Shown here: positions 39,959 through 49,950 of the stretch, in pieces
Layout of the letters: the number at the start of each line of letters is the position of its first letter
How positions within the stretch are numbered: the stretch's first letter is position 1
Virus record (IMG/VR): IMGVR_UViG_3300010373_000055
Coordinates: 1-56,732 of that record
Reading direction: 5' to 3' (one strand)
Source: a virus
Taxonomy: Duplodnaviria; Caudoviricetes
DNA: 56,732 bases
The notes under the pieces: model-generated
What the model was told of the DNA's origin: nothing
The model's input: the letters and a program-made list of their open reading frames with translations, nothing else
The model's database searches: none
Made by a program: the position numbers and the translations under genes

Positions 39959-40479
39959 ATGAATATCAATGATGCACTTGTAACGCTGCACCTAAAATTG
40001 GATATCCCAAAGGAGCGAGTCCGATATCTTGGACGAAGCTCTAGAGAAGGACCCTGCTGAGGCAATCCGCGAGGCAGTCGAGGCAGACACAGACAGCTTT
40101 ATGATCTACTGCCACGACGATCCCGAGATAGACGTAACAGTCTGATGGACGTTATAGTCTGTCAGAAGGTTGAAGATGGACCGGCATTTGTCGAGTCGCA
40201 CAAAATTGAGTGCAAAGGTTGCGGCAAGGCGTGCTGGATAAGCAGGGCAACAAAGAAATCAGCAGGTCCCGATCCAAACATAATGTGTCCCAAATGTCTA
40301 GAGGAATGGCTGACGATTCAGTCGTGGGATAAACCGAGGACAATGTGATGGAGAAATACCCGAAACTCGACGCATGGGGATTGGTAATGATGTGCTTTGC
40401 TATATTCATGCTTGTGATTTGCACACTCCTGTTAGTTGGAATGGCAATCATCAAGATAATTGATTTGATAGGAGGATAG
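39959..40479 (+). other. three small genes (39959-40145 with apparent frameshift near 40015; 40145-40348 Zn-ribbon; about 40348-40479 TM peptide)
   Basis: TGATG coupling; CKGC...CPKC; hydrophobic stretch. Confidence 0.5.
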
Positions 40480-41154
40480 GTGTTACTGCCGGATTTCCAG
40501 ATAGAGCGCGGAGTTGAGCGCCACAATCTAATCGAGCCGTTCGACAAAGATTGTCTCCAGCCAGCTAGCTACGACTGTAAGCTATCAAATGAGTTCATTT
40601 ATGTCAACCCTCCAGAAAAAGAAATCAAGGCGCATCCCGACGTTGAGGAAGTGGTTGACCCTCTAAACTTGCCGAACGCATCCGTAGCGTCCGAATGGAT
40701 GAAAGTAAAGACTGAATGGTTTGTGATAATGCCAGGGCAGTTTGTACTCGCCAGCACGCAGGAGTTCTTCAACTTCCCTTCGCACACTGCCGGACGTGTT
40801 GAGGGTAAGTCCTCGCTAGGGCGGTTGGGCCTGCTTGTGCACGTTACGGCGGGGTTCTTCGATCCCGGATTCAAAGGCACCGCAACGCTGGAGATTGTCA
40901 ATCTGTTAGGGCGACCGATCATCCTCAAAAAAGGCATGAAAATTTGCCAGATGTCCTTCCTCATGCTTGCTAGTGAAGTTAGCAAAATGTATGATGGACA
41001 ATATCAGGGAGACAAAGGCGCAGCAGTAAGTCGATACAAGAGCCTAGTTGGCCCTGTCGAGGAGGGTCAGGAGTTTGGCAAGCCTACAAGGAAAGAAGTC
41101 TTGGACAAACAGCTTATTCCACATGCGACAATAGATATATCTCGCATGGAGTAA
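40480..41154 (+). CDS. dcd: dCTP deaminase
   Basis: LQPASYD, EGKSSLGRLGL, TAGFFDPGFKG..TLE, ICQM. Confidence 0.92.
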   Translation: MLLPDFQIERGVERHNLIEPFDKDCLQPASYDCKLSNEFIYVNPPEKEIKAHPDVEEVVDPLNLPNASVASEWMKVKTEWFVIMPGQFVLASTQEFFNFPSHTAGRVEGKSSLGRLGLLVHVTAGFFDPGFKGTATLEIVNLLGRPIILKKGMKICQMSFLMLASEVSKMYDGQYQGDKGAAVSRYKSLVGPVEEGQEFGKPTRKEVLDKQLIPHATIDISRME

Positions 41155-41156
41155 CA

Positions 41157-41348
41157 ATGCTTGCCTGGTGGAACATAGAGGGTACTTACGAGTCTGCACT
41201 TGTGGCCGCTGAGGATGCGATAGAAGCCATGGAGCTAATTCGATTCCACAATAACTACGGAGGGACATGGAGGTTTGCAACACCAAAGCGTGTCAAATTG
41301 CCAGGGCCACCAACTGTGGCAGGAGTGTACCATTACTATGGTGAGTAA
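41157..41348 (+). CDS. hypothetical protein
   Basis: 63 aa, GGAG RBS. Confidence 0.55.
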   Translation: MLAWWNIEGTYESALVAAEDAIEAMELIRFHNNYGGTWRFATPKRVKLPGPPTVAGVYHYYGE

Positions 41349-42332
41349 CGATTTACCTCTATTGCGAACGTCGGAGCGCATGGCATACCAGAAGTGTCGG
41401 TGGGCTTGGTGGCATGAGTATGTCGAATGTCAGCAGCCGTCTACCGCTGCTCCTGCCCTGCGCTTCGGCCATCTAATCCACAAGACTCTAGAGGCGTACT
41501 ACATCAAAGGTTCTAAGCGAGCCAAGATTGATCTTGCTGATTACTTTTTGTTACTGTACGAAAAAGAGTTGAAGCAGGCAGAAAAGGGAGGCTTCCGCGA
41601 TGCCGATGGGCAGTGGAATAATGCCGCCGATCTAGGCGCGGTAATGATGGAGGGTTACGTCGAGAAGTACGGGGACGACGAACGCTGGCGCGTACTCGCC
41701 ACAGAGATGCCTTTCAAGGTTCCCGTTATGCACCCCAGGACAGGCAAGCCGTGGTTTACTACGTCGGCATAATCGACTTGGTTGTAAAGGACACACAGAC
41801 AGGGTTTATCTTTCTAGTGGACCACAAGACTACTAAAGATGATCCGACCAAACAGCCCTTCCTCACACTAGACGAGCAGGCAGGCGCATATTGGCGGTAC
41901 GGTCGGCAGTTCTTGTATGACAACGGTATACTCAAACCTACAGGGCATGGTCTCAACGGTATTCTCTTCAACTTTATGAAGAAGGCTGAACCAGACGTGC
42001 GCAAGAAAAACAAGGAGGGTTACAGTCTCAATCAGGATGGTAAAGTTAGTAAGCAGCAGCCGGGAGCGCTGTTCTTCAGGCATCCGGTATTTCGTAACGA
42101 TGCCGAAGGGCAGCGCGTAGGCGAAAGGGTGCTGAGCCAGTACAGCGAGATTCGCAAGGCACGTCGGCGGCAGATGGCAATTTACAAGAGTCCAAGCAAG
42201 ATGAACTGTGGTACATGCTCATACCGGGATATCTGCGAACTTCATGAGAGCGGAGCAGATTGGAAAAGTATGCGCAACGCAACAATGGGCGAATGGGAAC
42301 CTTACAGTGAGCACGAGTTGGAGGCTGCATGA
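41338..42332 (+). CDS. PD-(D/E)xK RecB/Cas4-like exonuclease, apparent 1-nt deletion at TTT 41755-41757
   Basis: LRTSER..YQKC, FGHLIH, ATE, GIIDLV, VDHKT, C..C.Y..IC. Confidence 0.85.
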
Positions 42333-42523
42333 TGCACAAAAAGCGCGAGCAGTGTGGGCTAATGTATTTGGCACCTGCAATCGACCCATTCGAGCCACCG
42401 GAACAGGTGCATGTCCTACCGCTCTATGCTTTGATAATGGTTCCTGCTACATCGCTTCCAGATGGTAGTTATATGTTAGACCACATACATGCAGAAGTTG
42501 TCGGACAGATGGTGATGAACTGA
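42329..42523 (+). CDS. hypothetical protein
   Basis: 64 aa, coupled. Confidence 0.5.
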   Translation: MMHKKREQCGLMYLAPAIDPFEPPEQVHVLPLYALIMVPATSLPDGSYMLDHIHAEVVGQMVMN

Positions 42524-42740
42524 TGAGGTGTGGAGGCAAGTTACCTCATATTGGGCGACCCCCGATAAGCGACCTCGTAGCTTGTCTCCACACGTCACCA
42601 GTCCTGCCAATTGGACGACGTATCCGCTTCGGCCTTCGCCTCAGCGCACTTGCATGGGGCGCGACGATCATGGGCCATAGGATAAGATGCACGACTGCGC
42701 CGTTTGCTCCTTTTCGTCTTACGGTCGCATCTCGGATATA
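42519..42740 (+). ncRNA. candidate multi-stem structured RNA
   Basis: 17-bp stem 42528-44/42577-93 with G.U pairs; TATCCG/CGGATA closes further hairpins. Confidence 0.45.
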
Positions 42741-42758
42741 AAACCGGAGGTAGTCAAA

Positions 42759-43535
42759 ATGTTACATCCAGGAATAACCGATCTACAGTCCACAGGAAAG
42801 TGCAACCTTTTCTTGTATGGAGACCCAGGGGTCGGTAAGACCAAAATGATTGGAGGGTGGGATAAAACTCTAATCATTCGACCTCCCACCGACCACACAG
42901 ATTCGATCCCGCGCACAAGCAAGGCAAAGGAGTGGGTTGTGGAGCGATGGGAGGAAATGGACGAAGTTGAGGAGTTCGCAAGGCACAACCCCGGAGCTTT
43001 CGATTGGTTCTGGCTCGATAGCATCTCGTTGATGCAGGATCACTTGCTGTACGACGTGATGGCGTTTGTCGAAGCCGCCAAGCCGCACCGTAAGGGCGGG
43101 CCGATAGATCAGGGTGAGTATCAGGCGAACTTTGTACGCATTACCAAATGGGTACAGCAGATGGTTGGGATGCCAGGATTCAATTTCGGAATGACTGCGC
43201 ATCCTGCCGAGTTACCCGACAATCTAGGTGTGAAACTAAAGCGCCCTTGGATACAGGGTAAAAACATGAGCTTCAAGATAAGTGGGTTCATGAACATTCT
43301 CGCTTATATGGAGGTAGTCGAATCGAAAGGAGAACAGCGCCGTGTGTTGCGTCTCGACAAGACGAAAGTCTACGATGCTAAGGATCAGTTTGGTATAGGT
43401 AAAGAAGGTCGGATGGTCGATCCTTCGATGAGCAAGATAATGGCAGCATTGCCAGAAAACAAGATAAGGCCAAAGCGGACATCCGTTCGTAAAATAAATA
43501 GCGCGCCCAAAAAGCGCGTCATCAAGCGGAGGTAA
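42759..43535 (+). CDS. AAA_24/Sak4-like ATPase (recombinase)
   Basis: YGDPGVGKT, WLDSIS, MTAH, AKDQFG; GGAGG RBS. Confidence 0.82.
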   Translation: MLHPGITDLQSTGKCNLFLYGDPGVGKTKMIGGWDKTLIIRPPTDHTDSIPRTSKAKEWVVERWEEMDEVEEFARHNPGAFDWFWLDSISLMQDHLLYDVMAFVEAAKPHRKGGPIDQGEYQANFVRITKWVQQMVGMPGFNFGMTAHPAELPDNLGVKLKRPWIQGKNMSFKISGFMNILAYMEVVESKGEQRRVLRLDKTKVYDAKDQFGIGKEGRMVDPSMSKIMAALPENKIRPKRTSVRKINSAPKKRVIKRR

Positions 43536-43537
43536 TT

Positions 43538-44359
43538 GTGAAGGTAAAGTATAATGTCAAAGGGGTAAAGGCTAGCTCAGGTAACTTTGAGCCGATCCCC
43601 AAGGGAGTCTATCCATTCACGGTAGAGTCCTGCGAGGTAACAAAGCCTAAAGGCATGGACCAGCGCATTGAGGCGGTCTATGTGATTGAGGACGGCGATC
43701 AGGAGGGGCGCAAGCTGTGGGACTACATAAACTTGGAGTCCGATGAGTCCGCCTGGAAGGTCCGCCAGTTTCTAGAAACATTTGGAATCGTCACTGAGGA
43801 TGAGGAGGTTGGTGAATTTGATCCAGCCGACATTGTTGGTGAAAAAGGCATGGTGCGCGTTGTGCACCAGCCAGGTCGGGCAGGCACGCAGTGGGAGGGC
43901 ACGATCCAGAGCAAGGTCGGCGGCACGTTCGCGCCGGACGGAGACGAGGAGAAGGCCGAGGAGGACCTAGACGAGGAGAAGGAGGCAGAGGAGCCAGAGG
44001 AGGACGCTGAGGACGGCGAGGAGGACGCGGGAGTTGACCTAGACGAGCTAGACCGCGCAGGTCTAAAGGCTCTCATCAAGGAAGAGGAGCTTGAGATCAA
44101 AGTCCTCAAAAAAATGTCAGATGATGACATCCGCGAGGCAATCACCGAGGCCATGTCTGACGATGAGGACGCAGAGGACGAGGATGAGGAGGACGAGGAG
44201 GAGGAGAGCGAGAAGCCCGATTATGACGAGATGAGCAAAGAGGAATTGGTCGCCACTTGCAAGGAGCGCGGACTCAAGACCACCGGCATTGTCAAAATCC
44301 TACGCGCTAGGCTCGTGACGGATGACGAATCAGGAGATAAATCAGGAGACCCTTTCTAG
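43538..44359 (+). CDS. DUF669-like ssDNA-binding protein with acidic linkers and SAP-like tail
   Basis: FEPIPKGVY, EGRKLWD; YDEMSKEELVATCKERGLKTTG; ends DPF. Confidence 0.75.
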   Translation: MKVKYNVKGVKASSGNFEPIPKGVYPFTVESCEVTKPKGMDQRIEAVYVIEDGDQEGRKLWDYINLESDESAWKVRQFLETFGIVTEDEEVGEFDPADIVGEKGMVRVVHQPGRAGTQWEGTIQSKVGGTFAPDGDEEKAEEDLDEEKEAEEPEEDAEDGEEDAGVDLDELDRAGLKALIKEEELEIKVLKKMSDDDIREAITEAMSDDEDAEDEDEEDEEEESEKPDYDEMSKEELVATCKERGLKTTGIVKILRARLVTDDESGDKSGDPF

Positions 44360-44363
44360 ACCG

Positions 44364-44705
44364 ATGAACAACGGGGCATTTCATACGAATGACCTAGCGC
44401 TTGTTACTTACCTACACTGTCGGTCGTACAGTCATACCGAAATGCGCAGACCAGCACGCAATGTGGTTTGGTATTTTGAAAATACTAAGGCATTGCAGGA
44501 TGAGTTAGACGAGTACCGCCGAGGCGAGGCCCTGGTGGACCCGATTGAATTCATGAAGGCGCTAGCTAGTGTTCGTGGCGAGATGTTTGAGTACATAAAA
44601 ACCCTCGACGTTTACAGTTGGTATGCGTGCTGTTTCCAAAAAACATCTCGACTTACTCGCCCCATATCTTGTTGGAGAAAAACCTACGATCCGAGGAGAA
44701 GATGA
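44364..44705 (+). CDS. DUF5659-like small protein
   Basis: FHTNDLALVTYL pattern; the 3' end overlaps the primase and is doubtful. Confidence 0.5.
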   Translation: MNNGAFHTNDLALVTYLHCRSYSHTEMRRPARNVVWYFENTKALQDELDEYRRGEALVDPIEFMKALASVRGEMFEYIKTLDVYSWYACCFQKTSRLTRPISCWRKTYDPRRR

Positions 44706-47439
44706 ACACTGGGAGTGGGATATGTACTGCCCACTCCACGAAGATAATCAGCGGTCCAGTGGAATCAATCTCGACGCAGGTGTTTGGAACTGCCAGAAGG
44801 GATGCGGAGGCGGGAGGGTTATCGACCTTATCGAGCGACGGTCCGAGTGGGTCGATCCTCCCACCGCAGCATCGAATGGACATTCTGGCAGATCAAATAG
44901 CAAACCCCGATCTGCTGAGAAAATCTCTGATGGTGCTGTTGCGGGATGGATTAGTAGCCTATGGGCATCAGATGAGGCAGTCGATGGACTGATGATCGTG
45001 CGTGGGCTCGAAGAGAAAACAATCAAAGACTACGAACTAGGTTGGGACAAGGAACGAAAATGCTATGCGATACCGATACGAAACGCAGACGGAGAGCTAG
45101 TAAATATCCGCCGTTACACATTAAACCCAGGTCCCGGTACTAGGAAGATATGGAGTGTTGCAGGAAAGGGCAAGCCCGAACTCTATCCGATGAAAGTGCT
45201 TGCATCCGATCCACACAACATCATTATCTGCGAGGGTGAGTTAGATGCGCTCATCAGTATCCAGAATGGTTATCCGGCAATTACACGCACGGCTTCGGCA
45301 TCGACTTGGAAGCCAGAGTGGGGCTCTTATTTTCAGGACAGGGTTGTACTCCTCTGCCATGATATGGATTCTGCCGGACAGGACGCCAACCGCAAGGTGC
45401 GCCGAGCACTACAGCGCACCGCACGCGAGATACACACTATCACACTACCATATCCGCTTAGGCCAAAGCACGGCAAGGACCTAACTGACTTCTGGTTAGA
45501 GTATGATAAGCGCGATTTTTGGGAGTTACTAGCAGAAGCCTCCGACCTGTCTCACGCCGAAGAGGAGATAAAGAAAGTTGGCGAGGGACAGGCGGCAGTC
45601 ATTGATGCCTTCGATGCTTCAAATGTCGGCATCCCATTGGAGCTTACTGTAACGATCACAGGTAAGCGCGAGCCGGGTTACAACGTACCGCACAAAAACC
45701 TGCTCACTTGTACCCGCGACGCAGGCGAGAAGTGCGCCGTCTGTCCGCTCTATCCTAAGCACGGCGAGGACGTACTGATTGTACCGCCTAACGACCCTGT
45801 GATCTTGTCGCTAGTAGAGAGCACCGATAAGCAGGTGTTTGAGTTACTACGTGAACTATATGGTATACCCAAATGTAACAAATTGGTAATTGAGACAACT
45901 GACAAGCAGAGTGTTGAGGAGCTATTCGCACGACCGAGCATCGACCACAGCAATGGTAAAGGAGAGGACTACAAGAATATCAAGATAATCTCAGTCGGGC
46001 GGCATGACAGCAGCACCAACACAACCGTCCGTGTTGTCGGCTCTCTCTTCAATGATCCACGGCGGCAGCTAAACAGCTTCCAGGCTTGGGAAATCAATAA
46101 GCTACAGACAAGCGTTGATCACTTTGATGTAACACCGGAGATAGCTAATCAGCTAAAGATATTCCGGCCGAAAAAAGGAGAACGTCCACTAAAGAAGCTA
46201 GGAAGGATAAGCCGTGATATCGCAGCACACATTACGAAGATATATGGTCGCCCTGAGTTGCACGCTGCACTTGATCTTGTTTGGCATAGTGCTCTATCTT
46301 TCGACTTTGACGGTAGCCGTATTGGTCGTGGTTGGCTCGAATTGCTTGTCGTGGGTGATACTCGTACTGGTAAGTCTGAGGCGGCGGAGAAGATTAGCCG
46401 CCATTATCGAGCAGGCGAGATCATTTCCTGTGAGTCCGCGACATTTGCCGGTATTATTGGCGGAGCTAAGCAGTTTGGAGCAGGGCGAGAGTGGACTATC
46501 AAATGGGGAACAGTCCCGCTGAACGACCGCCGTCTAGTTGTGCTCGATGAGGTCTCGGGACTAACGCAGGAACAGATAGCAAAGATGAGCAGTGTACGAT
46601 CTAGTGGCACTGCTGAACTAACAATGATAGAGCAGGAGCGCACTTATGCTAGAACACGACTCGTTTGGCTTGGTAATCCTCGTGATACTAGGATGTCTGA
46701 TTATACCTACGGAGTACGCGCTATCAAGCCACTTATTGGTAATAGCGAGGATATTGCAAGGTTTGATTTTGCTATGTCTGTGCGCTCTGATGAAGTTGGG
46801 AGCGAGGAAATAAACCGGAGCCACGAAGAGAGTAAACTCACCTATGGCTCCGAGGCGTGCAGCATGTTGGTGCGATGGGTCTGGTCGCGTAAGCCCGAGC
46901 AGATACGGTGGGCGAGCGGTGCAGAGGCAGCAGTGTACGACTGCGCTAAAGAGTTCGGCGAGAGATATACAGATGACCCACCGCTGGTACAGTTTGCAAA
47001 TATCCGCGTGAAGATCGCACGGGTTGCGGTTGCGCTTGCCGCCCGGTTGTTTAGCACAGACTCGACATTTGAAAACATCGTTGTGCGCGTTGAGCATGTC
47101 GAAGATGCGATGGCGTTCGTTGATATGCTGTACCGGATGGATGGATTTGGTTACGCAGACCTAAGCAAAGAAGCGATCAAACTCGATTCAAAGGCGCGCG
47201 ACCACAGCAACCTAGATGAGATCAAAGGGTTCTTACAGTCGCGCACAGATGGGCTTGTCGGCTATCTACGGGGCGCTTCAAAGTTCAAGCGCATCGATCT
47301 AGAGGAGGTACTGAACTTAGACCGAGACGAGGCGAAGGGACTAATCAGCACATTGCATGAAAGCGGGATGATCCGAACTGAAGGTGGTTTCTATTACATC
47401 ACAGGGCCATTACATGAGATGCTCAGGGAAATAAAATGA
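44623..47439 (+). CDS. primase-helicase fusion (CHC2 Zn finger, TOPRIM, MCM-like AAA+)
   Basis: CPLHED..C...C, ICEGELD, HDMDSAG, KDLTD, VGDTRTGKS, VLDE, LGNP, ARFDF. Confidence 0.85.
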   Translation: MRAVSKKHLDLLAPYLVGEKPTIRGEDEHWEWDMYCPLHEDNQRSSGINLDAGVWNCQKGCGGGRVIDLIERRSEWVDPPTAASNGHSGRSNSKPRSAEKISDGAVAGWISSLWASDEAVDGLMIVRGLEEKTIKDYELGWDKERKCYAIPIRNADGELVNIRRYTLNPGPGTRKIWSVAGKGKPELYPMKVLASDPHNIIICEGELDALISIQNGYPAITRTASASTWKPEWGSYFQDRVVLLCHDMDSAGQDANRKVRRALQRTAREIHTITLPYPLRPKHGKDLTDFWLEYDKRDFWELLAEASDLSHAEEEIKKVGEGQAAVIDAFDASNVGIPLELTVTITGKREPGYNVPHKNLLTCTRDAGEKCAVCPLYPKHGEDVLIVPPNDPVILSLVESTDKQVFELLRELYGIPKCNKLVIETTDKQSVEELFARPSIDHSNGKGEDYKNIKIISVGRHDSSTNTTVRVVGSLFNDPRRQLNSFQAWEINKLQTSVDHFDVTPEIANQLKIFRPKKGERPLKKLGRISRDIAAHITKIYGRPELHAALDLVWHSALSFDFDGSRIGRGWLELLVVGDTRTGKSEAAEKISRHYRAGEIISCESATFAGIIGGAKQFGAGREWTIKWGTVPLNDRRLVVLDEVSGLTQEQIAKMSSVRSSGTAELTMIEQERTYARTRLVWLGNPRDTRMSDYTYGVRAIKPLIGNSEDIARFDFAMSVRSDEVGSEEINRSHEESKLTYGSEACSMLVRWVWSRKPEQIRWASGAEAAVYDCAKEFGERYTDDPPLVQFANIRVKIARVAVALAARLFSTDSTFENIVVRVEHVEDAMAFVDMLYRMDGFGYADLSKEAIKLDSKARDHSNLDEIKGFLQSRTDGLVGYLRGASKFKRIDLEEVLNLDRDEAKGLISTLHESGMIRTEGGFYYITGPLHEMLREIK

Positions 47440-47910
47440 GTGACGTACCTACATCAAACATGGGCGCTTGGGCTATGCAGAAGCTAGCGTTGCAGCATCC
47501 CGAGCTAACGTTCCATCAGCTTGTAAAGATGATGACTGAGGCGCAGTGGAAAATCGGAGCAGAGACTATTGAGTGTTTGATAGTGTTGCCAGTTGATGAG
47601 AAAGTAGTCAAAATTGAGATAAAGCAGCAGGCCGATGATAAATGGTGAGCATCTAATGGAGGCAGAGGAAGCCCTGTCTCGCACCTACAAGCTGGTGGCA
47701 GGGATGCAGGCGCATGAGCGCGTGCTTGCAAGGGCGCGCGTAGACCCTGAGGCTTTCGAGAGCTTCGCTAAGCACCACAAGCAGATATTGTTCAAAGAAT
47801 ACACACCAAATATCGACCCGCGCGACGAAGCCGCCGTAATGACGATGCTCTTGCATTTCTTTGTGGTCGGCGTTGTCGCACAGCGATTGATCGAAGGGAG
47901 GCCAGCATGA
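47436..47910 (+). other. two small hypothetical genes (47436-47648, 47635-47910)
   Basis: Overlapping ORFs in the operon. Confidence 0.55.
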
Positions 47911-48698
47911 GAGTTGCAGTGCTAGGGTGCGGACCTGCGGGCTTGCTCGCGGTACATGCCGCCAAGCTCGCTGGCTATCATGTTGATTGCTATAGTAAGG
48001 ATGAGAAGAGTGTAATGAGAGGCGCGCAGTATTTACATGCACCGATTCCACATCTAACTAATCCAGCTAAACGTAAGACCATAACGTTTGTCAAGGTCGG
48101 CACACGCAAGGGCTACGCAGAGAAGGTGTACGGTAAACCAGATGCACCTTGCAGTTGGGACCTTTTCAAAGAGGGTCCAAAGTCAGCGTGGCCGATAGTA
48201 GCAATGTATGACATGCTGTGGGCGTTGTATAGCCACAAGATTGCACATGCTGCGTTTGGGCATAGAGATTCACCCTTGGCAGATATTGTTTCCGACTATG
48301 ATGTGGTGTTTAGTACGATACCTGCGCGCGTCCTGTGCGTCGATCCAGAGCATCACTTTTTCAACAGCCAGCATGTGGTTTTTACTGGCGGATACGCAGC
48401 TAAAGAACCATTAGCCAGCTTTGAGAATGTAGTGGTATATAACGGAGACCTTAGCAAACGGTGGTATCGGACTAGCCGTATCTTCGGTGTGGAGCAGACA
48501 GAGTACGCAGGGCACCACACCTAGGAACTAAACAGCATTGCTGGTGGCAAAGACGTACTACATGGCTTCAAGCCAATCAACACCAACTGTGATTGCAACC
48601 CTAAAATAATCCGCCTCGGGAGGTTCGGACAGTGGAAGAAGGGAATCCTAGTCCACACCGCATACAAAGGGGCCTGTGATGCTCTGCACGCGCTGTAA
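47907..48698 (+). CDS. FAD/NAD(P)-binding oxidoreductase (in-frame TAG at 48522)
   Basis: VAVLGCGPAGL, GAQYLH, VFSTIP; the LGRFGQW motif lies after the TAG in the same frame. Confidence 0.78.
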
Positions 48699-49344
48699 AG
48701 AGATAATCAAGCCTATCGTTGCTATCGACATCGATGGCACGCTAGGAGACTACCATTCGCACCTAATCAATTTCGCCTGTAGCTGGCTAGGGATAGAATC
48801 TAAATCGAAAATGTGGAAGTACGATGGCGCTGAGCATTTTCGTATTTGGTTTTGTAAAACGTTTGAGGTTGATGTAACAACGTTCCGTCTCATCAAGCTC
48901 GCCTACCGCCAGGGTGGGATGAAGCGGTCGATGCCTCTATTTGATTATGCACCAGAGCTAGTCGCAGGTGTACGCGAGGCAGGCGCAGAGGTCTGGCTCA
49001 CCACCACTCGCCCTTACCTACGCTTAGATAATGTGGACCCTGATACACGCCACTGGCTGGCATTATATGGTATCGAGTATGATGGTATTTTGTACGATGA
49101 GGACAAGTACAAAGTGCTAGCTGATCTAGTCGATCCCGAGCGCGTTGTATCGGTACTCGATGACCTACCCGAGCAGTACGACGCAGCAGCGGCAGCCTTT
49201 GGCGAGGACATACCGCTGCTACGCAAGACAGTTTTCAACAGCGGTGTAACTCGTCCCTGGTGGGTGGAGAACCTTCCTATAGCTTCATCAATAATGAAAG
49301 AGTCTATCAAGTATTGGAGGACACACCACGATGCACATAACTGA
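48679..49344 (+). CDS. HAD-family phosphatase (5' nucleotidase-like)
   Basis: AIDIDGTL, LTTTRP, K, VLDD. Confidence 0.82.
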   Translation: MLCTRCKEIIKPIVAIDIDGTLGDYHSHLINFACSWLGIESKSKMWKYDGAEHFRIWFCKTFEVDVTTFRLIKLAYRQGGMKRSMPLFDYAPELVAGVREAGAEVWLTTTRPYLRLDNVDPDTRHWLALYGIEYDGILYDEDKYKVLADLVDPERVVSVLDDLPEQYDAAAAAFGEDIPLLRKTVFNSGVTRPWWVENLPIASSIMKESIKYWRTHHDAHN

Positions 49345-49699
49345 AATTGAGCGCCACACAGCAGAGACAATGTGTGAGGCGGTAGATGTACCGTTTGGCG
49401 ACACGTACCTGGAGCAGGCGGTTATCTTCCTGCGCGCACTGTCAATAAATCATGACCGCGAAATAACATACAATGGACTGTGGAAAGAGTATGGCCTGCC
49501 CGATGTAGCAATGCACGCCAAGAGTAAGGCTGCGCGCATGAATAATCATTCGCACAACCTCGCAGGTCCGTTTGTGGCTGATGATCCAGAGGAGGGATTC
49601 AAAGAAGCCGACCATGAGCAGCAGATAAAAGACAAGGCAGTTGACGACGCTCTTGACTTGGTGAATTATGGCGCGTTCTGTGCCCGACTGTCGTATTGA
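49331..49699 (+). CDS. MazG-fold nucleotide-modification-associated protein (Nmad1/DUF1599-like)
   Basis: REITYNGLW...SKAARM...DDALDLVNYG. Confidence 0.6.
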   Translation: MHITEIERHTAETMCEAVDVPFGDTYLEQAVIFLRALSINHDREITYNGLWKEYGLPDVAMHAKSKAARMNNHSHNLAGPFVADDPEEGFKEADHEQQIKDKAVDDALDLVNYGAFCARLSY

Positions 49700-49803
49700 T
49701 AAACTAGGCAGAGAGAAGCAAAGTCATCAGCAAAAGCCAATGTCTGGCTCCAAAAAACGACAGAGAAAACTACACCCAACTGCAAAGAAAAGAGAAAAGG
49801 GGC

Positions 49804-49950
49804 ATGGCTAAGAAAGAGATAGAGAAAATGATTGAGGACTATTGGGATGCAGTTGATGAAGAAGAAGATGCTAGTAGCAGCGCCAGCGCATTGCGCGAGG
49901 ATTTAGAGAATGTTGGTATCGAGGTAGATAAGACAGACAGGCCAAAATGA
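49804..49950 (+). CDS. small acidic protein
   Basis: 48 aa, ATGA-coupled to the next gene. Confidence 0.45.
   Translation: MAKKEIEKMIEDYWDAVDEEEDASSSASALREDLENVGIEVDKTDRPK

Noticed and set aside
27853-41757. Programmed frameshifts in baseplate J and the exonuclease
   Set aside because: Single-base losses in short homopolymers in mid-domain, without slippery heptamers; read error is more likely
41338-42332. Cas4 as evidence of a CRISPR system
   Set aside because: It sits in a standard exonuclease, Sak4-like, SSB recombination module
42520-42600. Hammerhead ribozyme suggested by CTGATGA before a stem
   Set aside because: The required GAAA after the stem is absent (it reads CGTCA)
43940-44220. 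GAG/GAC-rich repeats as a DNA element
   Set aside because: Explained by acidic linkers of the SSB-like protein
6753-48524. Stop-codon reassignment (alternative genetic code)
   Set aside because: The internal stops are rare, involve all three codons and imply different amino acids, while TAA, TAG and TGA all end genes with tight coupling
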